Below, in pieces: positions 45,517 through 53,727 of a stretch of DNA of 64,000 bases. Positions within the stretch are counted from its first letter, which is position 1; each line of letters begins with the position of its first letter. The stretch comes from Pseudomonas phage pPa_SNUABM_DT01, in the sequence record MW735835.1; one strand, given 5' to 3'. The notes below the pieces were generated by a model that did not search any database, had not been told where the DNA came from, and saw nothing but the letters and a program-made list of their open reading frames with translations. The translations under genes were made by a program, and so were the position numbers.

Positions 45517-46743
45517 CCTGCACAAGTCAACATCAACAACTACGACAACCACCTCGTGATCACCGCCACCGACCAGAGCAATCTGGTGGATCATGTCCCG
45601 GCGATGGTCTACAAGGCAGTGTTGCGTCCGTACGGCATCGTGCTGATCAAGGACCGTCCGACCTTCACCCTTCCGCAACTGCGCTTCGGTCGCCATAAGC
45701 GTTTCTTCACCCAGATCAGTAACAGCTATGACCGCGATGGCCGTGGCACTGGCGTGCTGTTGGCTGGTGAAAAGGGCACCGGTAAGTCGCTGATGGCGGA
45801 AGAACTGGGCGCCTGGATGATCAAGCAGGACCTGCCGGTGATCATGGTCAGCGAACCCATGTCGGCTGAAGACCTGTCGGTCGTCATTAAGGCTGTCGGG
45901 CCGTGCATGGTGCTCTTCGACGAGTTCGGTAAGGTGTATCACGATGTCCACGAGCGTGAACGCCTGCTGACCCTGTTCTCGGACACCTCGTTCGTCGGTG
46001 TGATGTTCGTCATCACGGGCAACGCTGCCAGTGAGTTCTCCGAGTTCCTGGTTCACCGCCCTCAGCGGTTCCTCTACTGCATCAACTACCACAGTGGTGT
46101 GGACGAGGAGACCATGGAAGACATCCTTACCACCATGCAGGTCAAGCCGGAGATGCATGAGCTGTTCCGCGAGTACCGGGTCGATAGCCGTACCCTGAAC
46201 ATCGACTCGCTCATGTGCGTCGTGCGTCAGTCGGCGGACTGCAAGACCCCGGAGGAGCTTGTAGAGCGTTGCGAGATCCTCAACGTACCGGAACTTCCTA
46301 AGAAGCGCTGGTACATCAAGGATGTCGTTCAGCTCAGCACGGACACCGAGGAAGTCAAGCCGTTTGGCTGGGACTTCAACGCGAACCGTGTAGGCTTCAT
46401 CGGCCTGATCGAAGGACGTGTGATGGAAGCCCGCCATATTCGCGATCCAGAGGGCCGTCGTACGTCTGTCGAGTACCAAGTCTCTGCTGACAACAGCGAC
46501 GTCAAGATCGTCGTAGAAGGCATGCGCACTTTCGAGGTAACCCTCACTTACGGTTACATGCGCCCATGCTTTGATGCTGTGAAGCATGGTGAGCCGCACC
46601 CTGAGGCGGTTCTTACCAGAGAAAACAACCTCATGGTCCCTTCACGGGCAGGTGGTTTTGGTACGTTCCATTCCGAGGCCACCGTGGATAGCGGCTCGCC
46701 GCGTGAACCGTGGCGAGCCGTTCAACCGGCAGGCCGTCATTAA
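45514..46743 (+). CDS. AAA+ ATPase (409 aa)
   Basis: Walker A 'GEKGTGKS', Walker B 'MVLFDEFG', sensor-1-like 'VITGN'. Confidence 0.6.
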   Translation: MPAQVNINNYDNHLVITATDQSNLVDHVPAMVYKAVLRPYGIVLIKDRPTFTLPQLRFGRHKRFFTQISNSYDRDGRGTGVLLAGEKGTGKSLMAEELGAWMIKQDLPVIMVSEPMSAEDLSVVIKAVGPCMVLFDEFGKVYHDVHERERLLTLFSDTSFVGVMFVITGNAASEFSEFLVHRPQRFLYCINYHSGVDEETMEDILTTMQVKPEMHELFREYRVDSRTLNIDSLMCVVRQSADCKTPEELVERCEILNVPELPKKRWYIKDVVQLSTDTEEVKPFGWDFNANRVGFIGLIEGRVMEARHIRDPEGRRTSVEYQVSADNSDVKIVVEGMRTFEVTLTYGYMRPCFDAVKHGEPHPEAVLTRENNLMVPSRAGGFGTFHSEATVDSGSPREPWRAVQPAGRH

Positions 46744-46782
46744 TCCCTGTTCCACCCAACCCAAGGACTAAGGAGTCCAGCA

Positions 46783-47100
46783 ATGCAAGTGAAAAACCTG
46801 AGCAACATCGCTGAAGCCCTGAAAGCCGTCTCCAAAGAAGGCAAGGTCACGTTGGTCATCGACACCCTGAAGAAGCGCGACAGCGCAGCTGTGGGCAAGG
46901 TCGGTGACGTGTACTTCCAGCTGTCCTTCGACTCGTTGGCTGACGGTATCAAAGCTGGTCGTTCCGTGGAACTGAACGTGGAAACCGGCGAGGCTGTACT
47001 GCTCGACGTTCCTGTCCAGCCAGTGACCAAGGCCGTAGAGCCTACTTCTCGTCCTGGCCGCTCCTGCTCCTCCCGCATCAGCAACAAGGACATGATGTAA
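46783..47100 (+). CDS. hypothetical protein (105 aa)
   Basis: 'ctaaggagtccagcaATG'. Confidence 0.5.
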   Translation: MQVKNLSNIAEALKAVSKEGKVTLVIDTLKKRDSAAVGKVGDVYFQLSFDSLADGIKAGRSVELNVETGEAVLLDVPVQPVTKAVEPTSRPGRSCSSRISNKDMM

Positions 47101-47116
47101 CCACCCCGTTCAGAGA

Positions 47117-47147
47117 GGAGGGCTTCGGCCCTCTTTCTCTTTTGTTT
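47117..47147 (+). terminator. hairpin gagggc-ttcg-gccctc + TTTCTCTTTTGTTTG
   Basis: GC stem plus T-rich tail. Confidence 0.6.
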
Positions 47148-47158
47148 GCGAGGAAAGC

Positions 47159-47689
47159 ATGACCACGATCGTTTATCATCAAGGCGCCATCTACGCGGAT
47201 CAGGTCCACGTACGTGCTGGCACACCCTGCACCAGCCATCTGGCTGTTAAAATCTTCACCTCTGCCGATAAGCAGTTCGCCTACGGCGTGAGCGGTCGAG
47301 CCATTGCCCCGAAGGAGCGCGAATCTCTCGAACAGATTCTTCGCAAGGGCCTAGAGAAGCTTCTTGTAGCGAACATGGGCGATTCTATCATGACTCCCAT
47401 GATCTTCTCTGAAGAGGAAATAGAACGTCTCAGCGATTTCGGTGGTTGGGTCATCATGACCAAGACCAGGGCATTCATTTGGCTGTCGCGGATGATCCGC
47501 GAGGCCACAGGAGCAACCATGGGCGCCGGTACCGGTTGCTGGCTGGTGTGCGGAATGATTTACGGCGGCATGAAGCCGGAGAAAGCCATTCTTAACACAG
47601 GTGACTTGGATTGCTGCACTGGTGGCGGTGTGAACAAGATCAGTGCTAAATCCCTGAAACCCTTCGTCATCAAAGGAGAGTCCAAATGA
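47159..47689 (+). CDS. HslV-like N-terminal-nucleophile (proteasome beta-type) hydrolase (176 aa)
   Basis: 'MTTIVYHQGAIYADQ' matches HslV '[20 protein letters not shown]' (Thr1 nucleophile after Met removal); same length as HslV (176 aa). Confidence 0.45.
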   Translation: MTTIVYHQGAIYADQVHVRAGTPCTSHLAVKIFTSADKQFAYGVSGRAIAPKERESLEQILRKGLEKLLVANMGDSIMTPMIFSEEEIERLSDFGGWVIMTKTRAFIWLSRMIREATGATMGAGTGCWLVCGMIYGGMKPEKAILNTGDLDCCTGGGVNKISAKSLKPFVIKGESK

Positions 47690-48267
47690 CCCTCGCAGTC
47701 TGGCTCGACGACGAAGTCGGCCTTCAAGCCCAGGCCAACCCGATGGAAGGTGTGTACTTCCGCCTACCGGAAGACAACTTCGATCGTTGCTTCTCCAAGT
47801 ATGGTTTCGTCTACTCCCTCAAGGAGTTCGAGATCAACTACCCGGCCGTGGTGGAAAATCGCCTCCCGCCAATCCCACGCCACATCAACAATGCGTCCAG
47901 TCAGCTGGTCTACATGCTGATCGATCATTATGGAGAAGTCTGGCAGATCGACTATTGGTCTGATCGCGAAGGCCGCGTCAATGCTCCTCAAATGTCCATC
48001 TTCTCCATGCCGGCCGGAAAGGTGAAGACCCTGGTAGCGTGCACGGATGAAGGCGATTTGGAGTTGCTCACTGGTTTCGTCATGGCCAACCGAAACAAAG
48101 ACGAAATCAACCAGTTCATCTTCGATAAGAAGCTCGGTCACGGCAAACGCCTTACGTGGCTGAGCAAAAAGGACATCGTCGAACGTCTCAATAAGGAGTT
48201 CCCGCTTGAGAAAGATCCCGGTGAAAGTAATCCCTTCGCCCAAGCCATCGCCACCCCCTCGCCCTAA
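47686..48267 (+). CDS. hypothetical protein (193 aa)
   Basis: ATGA overlap with the Ntn-hydrolase gene. Confidence 0.5.
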   Translation: MTLAVWLDDEVGLQAQANPMEGVYFRLPEDNFDRCFSKYGFVYSLKEFEINYPAVVENRLPPIPRHINNASSQLVYMLIDHYGEVWQIDYWSDREGRVNAPQMSIFSMPAGKVKTLVACTDEGDLELLTGFVMANRNKDEINQFIFDKKLGHGKRLTWLSKKDIVERLNKEFPLEKDPGESNPFAQAIATPSP

Positions 48268-48342
48268 CGCGGTGGTAACCTTCTCTCCAGAAGGCAAGAT
48301 CGTGCTCGGACCTGGGCCTATTGGTGGCCCGGGTAAATAAAT

Positions 48343-48378
48343 ACGATCCGACCAAAGATCTATGTAGTAGCACTGTGA
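48343..48378 (+). promoter_or_regulatory. degenerate promoter-like box 'ACGATCCGACCAAAGATCTATGTAGTAGCACTGTGA'
   Basis: Shares 'ACGAT...TAGTAGCA..TGTGA' with the 26057 copy; sits at the start of the structured non-coding locus. Confidence 0.35.
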
Positions 48379-48405
48379 CATCATCCCAAGATCACAAGGA
48401 ACCCA

Positions 48406-48639
48406 ATGCTGCTGAGCCCGGTCATTGGTCTCCTGTGCCGCCCTAACGTCCTATCCTTCGCCTGGAAGGCGCTGATCAAGGCCGTGGCTTTCGAGCCGCC
48501 GCCTACCGAACCCAGCTGGACGCGGCCGCACCCTAAGGAGACCGCCTCTTCGCGGTCCGAGCATTCTGGTCCCTGCCTCACGGATAAGGCCCGTGGCATG
48601 GTGGCGACCGAACGCTTAGACCTAATGTACATCTGCTGA
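48406..48639 (+). CDS. possible small protein (77 aa) - alternatively part of an ncRNA
   Basis: ATG preceded by 'ATCACAAGGAACCCAATG' (initiation-box-like); product Pro/Cys-rich and atypical. Confidence 0.25.
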   Translation: MLLSPVIGLLCRPNVLSFAWKALIKAVAFEPPPTEPSWTRPHPKETASSRSEHSGPCLTDKARGMVATERLDLMYIC

Positions 48640-49165
48640 AGCGAACGCTTAAAACTATCGCCTCTAAGGAGAGCTTGCGATCAAAACCCTCAGCGTTGCC
48701 ACTATGGCGATGCTAACCCTGCTCGTCGCCACCGTCGCTAACGCGGCACCCGTAGTCGGGAGCCCAGGCAAACGGAAGGACGCGGTCGAGATGCCGGATA
48801 GGACCCTCACCCAGGACTCGACACCTGGTCTATCGAGGGCAGTCCCTACTGTGGACTGCTTTGGGTACGAGGCTCCTCTGACAGCGGCTCACGACTGGCG
48901 TGATTCGACACTGGAGCGGGGTAGCTACGTTGTAGTGCCCGAGAGGACTGTCAAGCGCGTGCTTCCGGTGCACGGCAGCCTGACAGTATCGGGAAATACA
49001 ATTTAAGTACCGATACTGATTCGATTAAGTTCGAAGATGATGAGGGGGCAGTGGTCCTCCGTCCTTAGCAGTTAGGCCACCCAAGTATAACGGGACAGGG
49101 CGATTGCCCGACGACACCTGTTGAACGGCTCGAGCCTGGTGCGGGACAAACGTGGTAAAGGTTAC

Positions 49166-49262
49166 GGGGCGTCGTTAGTTTGTAGTTCCTATGGCGGGGT
49201 TGATCTCCCAGCTGAGGTGCTGCCAAACGACGGCCCCTAGACTTCTCTTTATTTTTTGTTTT
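49166..49262 (+). terminator. long hairpin (ggggcgtcgt ... acgacggcccc) + U-tract closing the non-coding locus
   Basis: 10/11-bp outer stem enclosing a ~50-nt structured loop, followed by CTTTATTTTTTGTTTTG. Confidence 0.45.
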
Positions 49263-49296
49263 GCCGGGATACCAATCCTATGGTTACTAATCCCGA

Positions 49297-49618
49297 GACT
49301 TTTATCATGTCCCTGACCCCTCTGGTACAAGTCACCACCTCGTTTGCCAACAGCTCCTCTCCGGGGTCGTTGGATAACCGTGAGCGGTGGCAGGCTGCGC
49401 GAATTACCGCAAGCCACATCAACACCTTCCTCGTTCTCATGACCCGTTGCCCGAAAGAAGCGTTCTCGGGTGAAGAGTTCGAGTCTGCCAAGCACTTGAT
49501 GACCACGTTCCAGGCGGCCTGTGGTATATTCATCGATGGTCTACATACTGCGACCACCGTAGAGCAATTATTGGAGATCAACCAGGAATTCTACTCCATG
49601 TGCTGCGCTAAAGGATAA
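49297..49618 (+). CDS. hypothetical protein (107 aa), start uncertain (alt ATG 49274)
   Basis: ORF 49256-49618. Confidence 0.4.
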
Positions 49619-49623
49619 ACACC

Positions 49624-50274
49624 ATGACCATTAGAACGCTGCTGTGCGCTGGCGCACAGACCAATAAAACCTACTTGCCAGGACCCCAGAACCTCGCGTT
49701 TGGCACAATGGAAGACCGTGGGTATTTCGGCGAGGTGAGTAGTGCTGACCTCGCTACCAGCGCCGAGCTGGCCACTTTGGTTGATTTGGATTCGATCGGC
49801 ACGATAATGAATCCGGCAGCCAGCTGGTTGAAATTCGCTCACAAAGGCAAGGTCCTCTATATTGCCAAACAGCCCCTGCGCCGGGGCTTGACGATCGCTC
49901 AGTATAGCGCCCGTGGTCTGATATATGGTCGTGATGTCACCATTAAAGACATTCCGTTTAAGGTCAGGTTCATGACCGGGGGTGACGCCGATCCCGCTAC
50001 CGTCGGCGGTGGTGAATGGAACGACCTCATGTACCCGGTATGTTCAGCCAGGCCAGCGGGACAACCAATATGGGCCAACTTCTCCGAAGCTACCCTCATG
50101 GTCAATAACGCTGATGTGGGCCGGGCTACTTTCTGTCAAGAATTACGATCAGGGTCTACATTCCACATCTACCGTGGTTACACGTCACTGCAAACTTTTG
50201 CAGCAGCAGTAGCTAACTCCGACATGAACAACTACGGTTGGCGTCCTGTCCTTGAGTACACCGGTTCTCTCTGA
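49624..50274 (+). CDS. hypothetical protein (216 aa)
   Basis: 'aaaggataaacaccATG'. Confidence 0.55.
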   Translation: MTIRTLLCAGAQTNKTYLPGPQNLAFGTMEDRGYFGEVSSADLATSAELATLVDLDSIGTIMNPAASWLKFAHKGKVLYIAKQPLRRGLTIAQYSARGLIYGRDVTIKDIPFKVRFMTGGDADPATVGGGEWNDLMYPVCSARPAGQPIWANFSEATLMVNNADVGRATFCQELRSGSTFHIYRGYTSLQTFAAAVANSDMNNYGWRPVLEYTGSL

Positions 50275-50280
50275 TGCGTC

Positions 50281-50310
50281 ATACAGGGCAGGCCTAGGCC
50301 TGCCCTGTAT
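50281..50310 (+). terminator. perfect palindrome atacagggcaggcc-ta-ggcctgccctgtat + GCCG
   Basis: 14-bp stem. Confidence 0.55.
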
Positions 50311-50355
50311 GCCGATTTGATTGAAACTTTTTTCAACGATACATGATAGCGGTGA
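50308..50355 (+). promoter_or_regulatory. 48-nt block 'TATGCCGATTTGATTGAAACTTTTTTCAACGATACATGATAGCGGTGA' (promoter-like box)
   Basis: Identical 48-mer also at 54033-54080; contains the conserved promoter-like element 35 nt before ATG 50390. Confidence 0.6.
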
Positions 50356-50389
50356 ATAACCCCCGCAATAATCTAATGGAGATTGAACT

Positions 50390-51112
50390 ATGAACGCTAC
50401 TAAAACTGCTCTGATCGCTGGCGCCGGTGTCCTGGGTGTGGCTGCTGTTGCTGGTCTCGGCTGGCGCTGCCTGAAGTCCCGCAATAAAGCCAAGGCTGTC
50501 GAGCCGGTAGCTGCTGTTCCGGTGGTACCGCCGGTGACCAAGAAGCCGGAGACTGTGGAGGTGAAAGAACTCTCCACCCTGTCGCTGCGCAAGGCTGGCG
50601 ATCCTGTCCTGTCGGCAGTCGCTGACATGATGGACAACAACTGGAACCTGGGTAATCACCCGGTGACAGAAGAAGCTGTTGTTGAAGAGGTCGTGACCGA
50701 GGCTGTTGTTGCTCCCAACGACAAGGTCGAAGAAATCCAGGATGGCGAAGGTCAACCGCTCGTCTCGGTCTCCCGTGTCCGCGTCCCGGACCAATCGACT
50801 GAAGCCGAACCGGACATGACCCCAGTCTTCTGGAAGAACTTCCTGGCCAACATCAAGCGCCCTGACGTGATCGCTGTCGAGTCCAAGTCGGACTTTGCAG
50901 TGCACGATACTAAGCGTGCCAAGGGCTTCCATCGCTGCACCCTGGATGGCGTGGAGGGTGTCCTCCACGTCACCAAGTCCCACACCACTGCTCTGATTCA
51001 TCTCGGTGGTACGGAGTTCAGTGGTATCAGCACCAGCTCCTCGCGCTTCCAAGGCAAGGGCCTGCGCAACCTGAACGCCGATCAAGCCAAGAACTTCTTG
51101 GCCGGTCGGTAA
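50390..51112 (+). CDS. membrane-anchored protein (240 aa) with Gly/Ala-rich N-terminal TM
   Basis: 'TALIAGAGVLGVAAVAGLGW' is a SAR-like weakly hydrophobic TM; the rest is unknown. Confidence 0.55.
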   Translation: MNATKTALIAGAGVLGVAAVAGLGWRCLKSRNKAKAVEPVAAVPVVPPVTKKPETVEVKELSTLSLRKAGDPVLSAVADMMDNNWNLGNHPVTEEAVVEEVVTEAVVAPNDKVEEIQDGEGQPLVSVSRVRVPDQSTEAEPDMTPVFWKNFLANIKRPDVIAVESKSDFAVHDTKRAKGFHRCTLDGVEGVLHVTKSHTTALIHLGGTEFSGISTSSSRFQGKGLRNLNADQAKNFLAGR

Positions 51113-51121
51113 GACAGCATA

Positions 51122-51160
51122 AGAGGAGGCCTTCGGGCCTCCTCTAGCTTTTCTTTTTTG
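51122..51160. terminator. bidirectional terminator agaggaggcc-ttcg-ggcctcctct + AGCTTTTCTTTTTTG between convergent genes
   Basis: 10-bp stem, T-tract on the + side; the minus gene stops 4 nt downstream. Confidence 0.7.
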
Positions 51161-51163
51161 ACC

Positions 51164-51631
51164 TTACCAGTTCAGCGCAGCACGATCCGAGGTGATGGTC
51201 AACTTCTTCCGAGCCAGCCAAGCCTTCAGGTCCACTTCGGTGCACGAGTCAATCATGCTTGCCGAGATGGTCTCCTTGGTTTTGTACTCGTTGAGGATAC
51301 CGTTGTAGAGGTTGTCCACTTTGACCCACAGTGCTCGGTCCCAGTCAATCTTGTACAGGTACACCTGGAGTTTCTCCAGTTCCTGCTTGCTGGGTACCTT
51401 ACCCTCGAAGCAAAGCATGATGTCGTTGCCAGCGGATTTGAAGCGGTTCAGCTTGTAGTGTTTCTCCACCACGGAAGCGAAGCCCTGGGCAATGGCTTCT
51501 TCCAGCAGAGTGGTCGCGTACAGCCACTCATTGGACTCCGTGGTGTCCCACTCGACCTTGATCCCAGTGTAGGCGATACCTGGCTTGAGTTCGGGTTGAC
51601 GGTAGCCCGATCCGTGGTAAAGGTGCGGCAT
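51164..51631 (-). CDS. hypothetical protein (155 aa), isolated minus-strand gene; faint ART/PARP-like 'LYHGS' N-terminus
   Basis: Only minus-strand gene in a 50-kb plus-strand run; 'MPHLYHGSGY...EWLYATT' loosely recalls the H-Y-E ADP-ribosyltransferase beta1/beta3 motifs. Confidence 0.45.
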   Translation of the reverse strand: MPHLYHGSGYRQPELKPGIAYTGIKVEWDTTESNEWLYATTLLEEAIAQGFASVVEKHYKLNRFKSAGNDIMLCFEGKVPSKQELEKLQVYLYKIDWDRALWVKVDNLYNGILNEYKTKETISASMIDSCTEVDLKAWLARKKLTITSDRAALNW

Positions 51632-51693
51632 GATGATCCCCGTTATTTAGAAAGGAGAGGCCTCATAGTGTAGAACTTTACAAGGCCTACTCC

Positions 51694-52236
51694 ATGAAAA
51701 AGTTGTTGGTTTTCCGAGAGGGGGTACACCCCGATCCTCGAGAGCTTGACGACTTCCTATACGATAGCGAGCTATTCCGAAGTGACTTCCTTGACCTTTC
51801 CCCTGAGGAGAAGTTCGAGCACTACTCGGATAACCTGTCGCTACACACATCGACATGGGAAGTCGTCTTCAAGGATGACGACAAGTACGACTTTTGGCAC
51901 TTCCTCTGCGTGGGCTCTGACACTTACGCCTTCGATGAGCCTGCATTCATCGCGACGTTCGATTTCTTTCCTAAAGAATTGATCAACGTCCGCTGCTGCA
52001 ACTGCCGTGCCGTGTTCCACAAAGACAATTACATGGTGGTGATCTACCGCCTTCCGAAAGCAGTGTCGCATCTGGTCGATCTGCACCTCAAATATCGACT
52101 GGAAAGCTTCAAAGATGGAAAGTACCACTATGATCTACCTAAGGATGACCTGGGATCTGTTAATGTACAAATGGAGGAAGCGGAAGTTTCTGAAGGAGAC
52201 GAAACAAGCAATCCTAAACACCGTACTCGATCCTGA
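51694..52236 (+). CDS. hypothetical protein (180 aa)
   Basis: ORF track; somewhat lower GC3 than the genome norm. Confidence 0.5.
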   Translation: MKKLLVFREGVHPDPRELDDFLYDSELFRSDFLDLSPEEKFEHYSDNLSLHTSTWEVVFKDDDKYDFWHFLCVGSDTYAFDEPAFIATFDFFPKELINVRCCNCRAVFHKDNYMVVIYRLPKAVSHLVDLHLKYRLESFKDGKYHYDLPKDDLGSVNVQMEEAEVSEGDETSNPKHRTRS

Positions 52237-52678
52237 CACCTTTTACGTTTACTTGGCCATTCGAGCTGGCGGTAATAAGGAATACGCCTACCAGAACCTG
52301 GTGCAGTCGGTCTACGCGATGATCTATAGCATCTACCGCGAGAAAGGCCTCCAGAAGGAGTTCTACACGTCTTTGATGCCCAAGCACATAGACGAGTGGG
52401 CTAAGACGTTGGAGTACCGTGGAGCGCTTGCTACGGCGGCTAACGCGACGAAGTGTGTCTTTGCTCAACCTGGGGTCACCGAAGGTCGTCGGATGTACTT
52501 CCTGCTGGGTGATTTGGTCTACAACCGCCTGAGTGAAGATGAACACCTTAGGCTGGAATTGTCGGAGATGATGTTTGACCTGATTGCAGATCAAGCCGAG
52601 CCAAGCATCAAGCCTGTGGTGTTCGCCGATGGCGATCGGATCGTCAATCTGTTCACATTGCGCTTCGAAAATACTTGA
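52145..52678 (+). CDS. hypothetical protein (~177 aa), start uncertain (ORF opens at 52115)
   Basis: ATG 52145 after 'ctaagg'; overlaps the upstream gene in another frame. Confidence 0.4.
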   Translation: MTWDLLMYKWRKRKFLKETKQAILNTVLDPDTFYVYLAIRAGGNKEYAYQNLVQSVYAMIYSIYREKGLQKEFYTSLMPKHIDEWAKTLEYRGALATAANATKCVFAQPGVTEGRRMYFLLGDLVYNRLSEDEHLRLELSEMMFDLIADQAEPSIKPVVFADGDRIVNLFTLRFENT

Positions 52679-52716
52679 TAGTATGAGGTTGATCAAAAAT
52701 CAGCCAACACTAGACA

Positions 52717-52736
52717 CTATCAAGGACGCCATCATG
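52717..52736 (+). promoter_or_regulatory. initiation box 'CTATCAAGGACGCCATCATG'
   Basis: Copy of the conserved box before the H1-like gene. Confidence 0.4.
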
Positions 52737-53141
52737 CCCGTCAAGAAAAGCATCGCTGCTGAAGTTAAGCCTGCCGCCAAACCCGCTGTCAAGAAACCTG
52801 CCGTGAAGAAGCCCGCCGCCAAGAAGCCGGCTGCAAAGCCTGCTGCCAAGGCTCCGGTAGCCTCGATCAAGGTGCCGGCCAAGGTCGCTGCCGCTGCTGC
52901 CAAACCGGCAACCAAGAAGGCCGCCACCAAGCGCAAGCCGGTCGATCAGATCCCCGCTGCCCTGAAGGAAATCCTGGCTTCCTTCAAGACCGGTGGCCTG
53001 AGCCGTACCGAGTCCCTCGGCGGTAAGGTCAGCAAGGCCCAGAAAGAAGCGCTGGCACGCGTTGCCAAGAAATACGACATCACCCCGTCGGAACTGGTTG
53101 CCGCTCTGGTGATCAACTTCCTGAGCGTCGCTGACGTCTAA
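52734..53141 (+). CDS. histone H1-like / AlgP-like lysine-alanine repeat DNA-binding protein (136 aa)
   Basis: 'KPAAKPAVKKPAVKKPAAKKPAAKPAAKAP' repeats followed by a small globular C-terminal domain. Confidence 0.65.
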   Translation: MPVKKSIAAEVKPAAKPAVKKPAVKKPAAKKPAAKPAAKAPVASIKVPAKVAAAAAKPATKKAATKRKPVDQIPAALKEILASFKTGGLSRTESLGGKVSKAQKEALARVAKKYDITPSELVAALVINFLSVADV

Positions 53142-53156
53142 GGCGTCCATCGCACT

Positions 53157-53178
53157 GAGGAGGGCTTCGGTCCTCCTC
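53157..53178 (+). terminator. hairpin gaggagggc-ttcg-gtcctcctc + TTTGCCGCATGC
   Basis: 9-bp stem (one G-U pair), TTCG loop. Confidence 0.5.
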
Positions 53179-53220
53179 TTTGCCGCATGCTATGAGTCTA
53201 GCCCTTATGAGGATTATGCA

Positions 53221-53727
53221 ATGGGTAAAGTATTCACCGGTACTGTGCTGAAGTACGGCCTCCTTGCCCTGGTGCTCCTTGGCGGTTTGTACTACTGGAT
53301 TGACTGGTCGTTGGATAAAGTCACTGAAGTGGCTAACCAGAAGACCACCATCGAAGAACGTGACAAGACCATCACTGATCTGCGTCAACAGATCACCGAT
53401 TACGTCACTGGCAAACAACATACTGACAATGGTTACGCCGATATCGAACAGGATCAGGTGGACCTACTCTGTGCGGCCCGTTACAAGGCGCCACCGCCTG
53501 TCGCCCCTGTTGCACCCAAACCCGAAATCGTCGAGGTGGTGAAATGGCGCGATCGGACCACCCAATGTCCCACCACCGATCCTGAGAAGGCCGAGCCGTT
53601 CGATCCGAACACCAGTGAGCTGCGACCTGTCAACGAAGAGATTGCCTTGCAATCGCTCAATAACACCTGGAAGGCGTACTGCCTTGCAGTCAACAACAAG
53701 GAGGAGATATGTGCTCCATTCCGTTGA
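53221..53727 (+). CDS. i-spanin (Rz-like)
   Basis: N-terminal TM 'LKYGLLALVLLGGLYYWI' then a coiled-coil periplasmic domain; the 3' end overlaps the next gene. Confidence 0.6.
   Translation: MGKVFTGTVLKYGLLALVLLGGLYYWIDWSLDKVTEVANQKTTIEERDKTITDLRQQITDYVTGKQHTDNGYADIEQDQVDLLCAARYKAPPPVAPVAPKPEIVEVVKWRDRTTQCPTTDPEKAEPFDPNTSELRPVNEEIALQSLNNTWKAYCLAVNNKEEICAPFR

Larger units (their letters stand above)
48290..49265 (+). ncRNA. candidate structured non-coding RNA locus (tmRNA-like / tRNA-like fragments)
   Basis: ~1 kb without convincing ORFs in an otherwise gene-dense genome. Contains 'TGAAGCGAACGCTTAAAACTATC' (cf. tmRNA 'UGAAGCGUUAAAACUUAAUC'), 'GCCAAACGACGG' (cf. tag-start 'GCAAACGACGAA'), 'GGCGGGGTTGATCTCCCAGCTG...GCTGCCA' (T-arm/acceptor-like), and two copies of 'GA(C/T)TCGACAC(C)TGG'. 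Ends in a long imperfect hairpin plus 'CTTTATTTTTTGTTTTG'. Confidence 0.3.

Noticed and set aside
48704-49006. 100-aa ORF 'MAMLTLLVATVANAAPVVGSPGKRK...' in the structured locus
   Set aside because: No RBS. It lies in the middle of the hairpin-rich, tmRNA-like region, and its composition is atypical for proteins in this genome.
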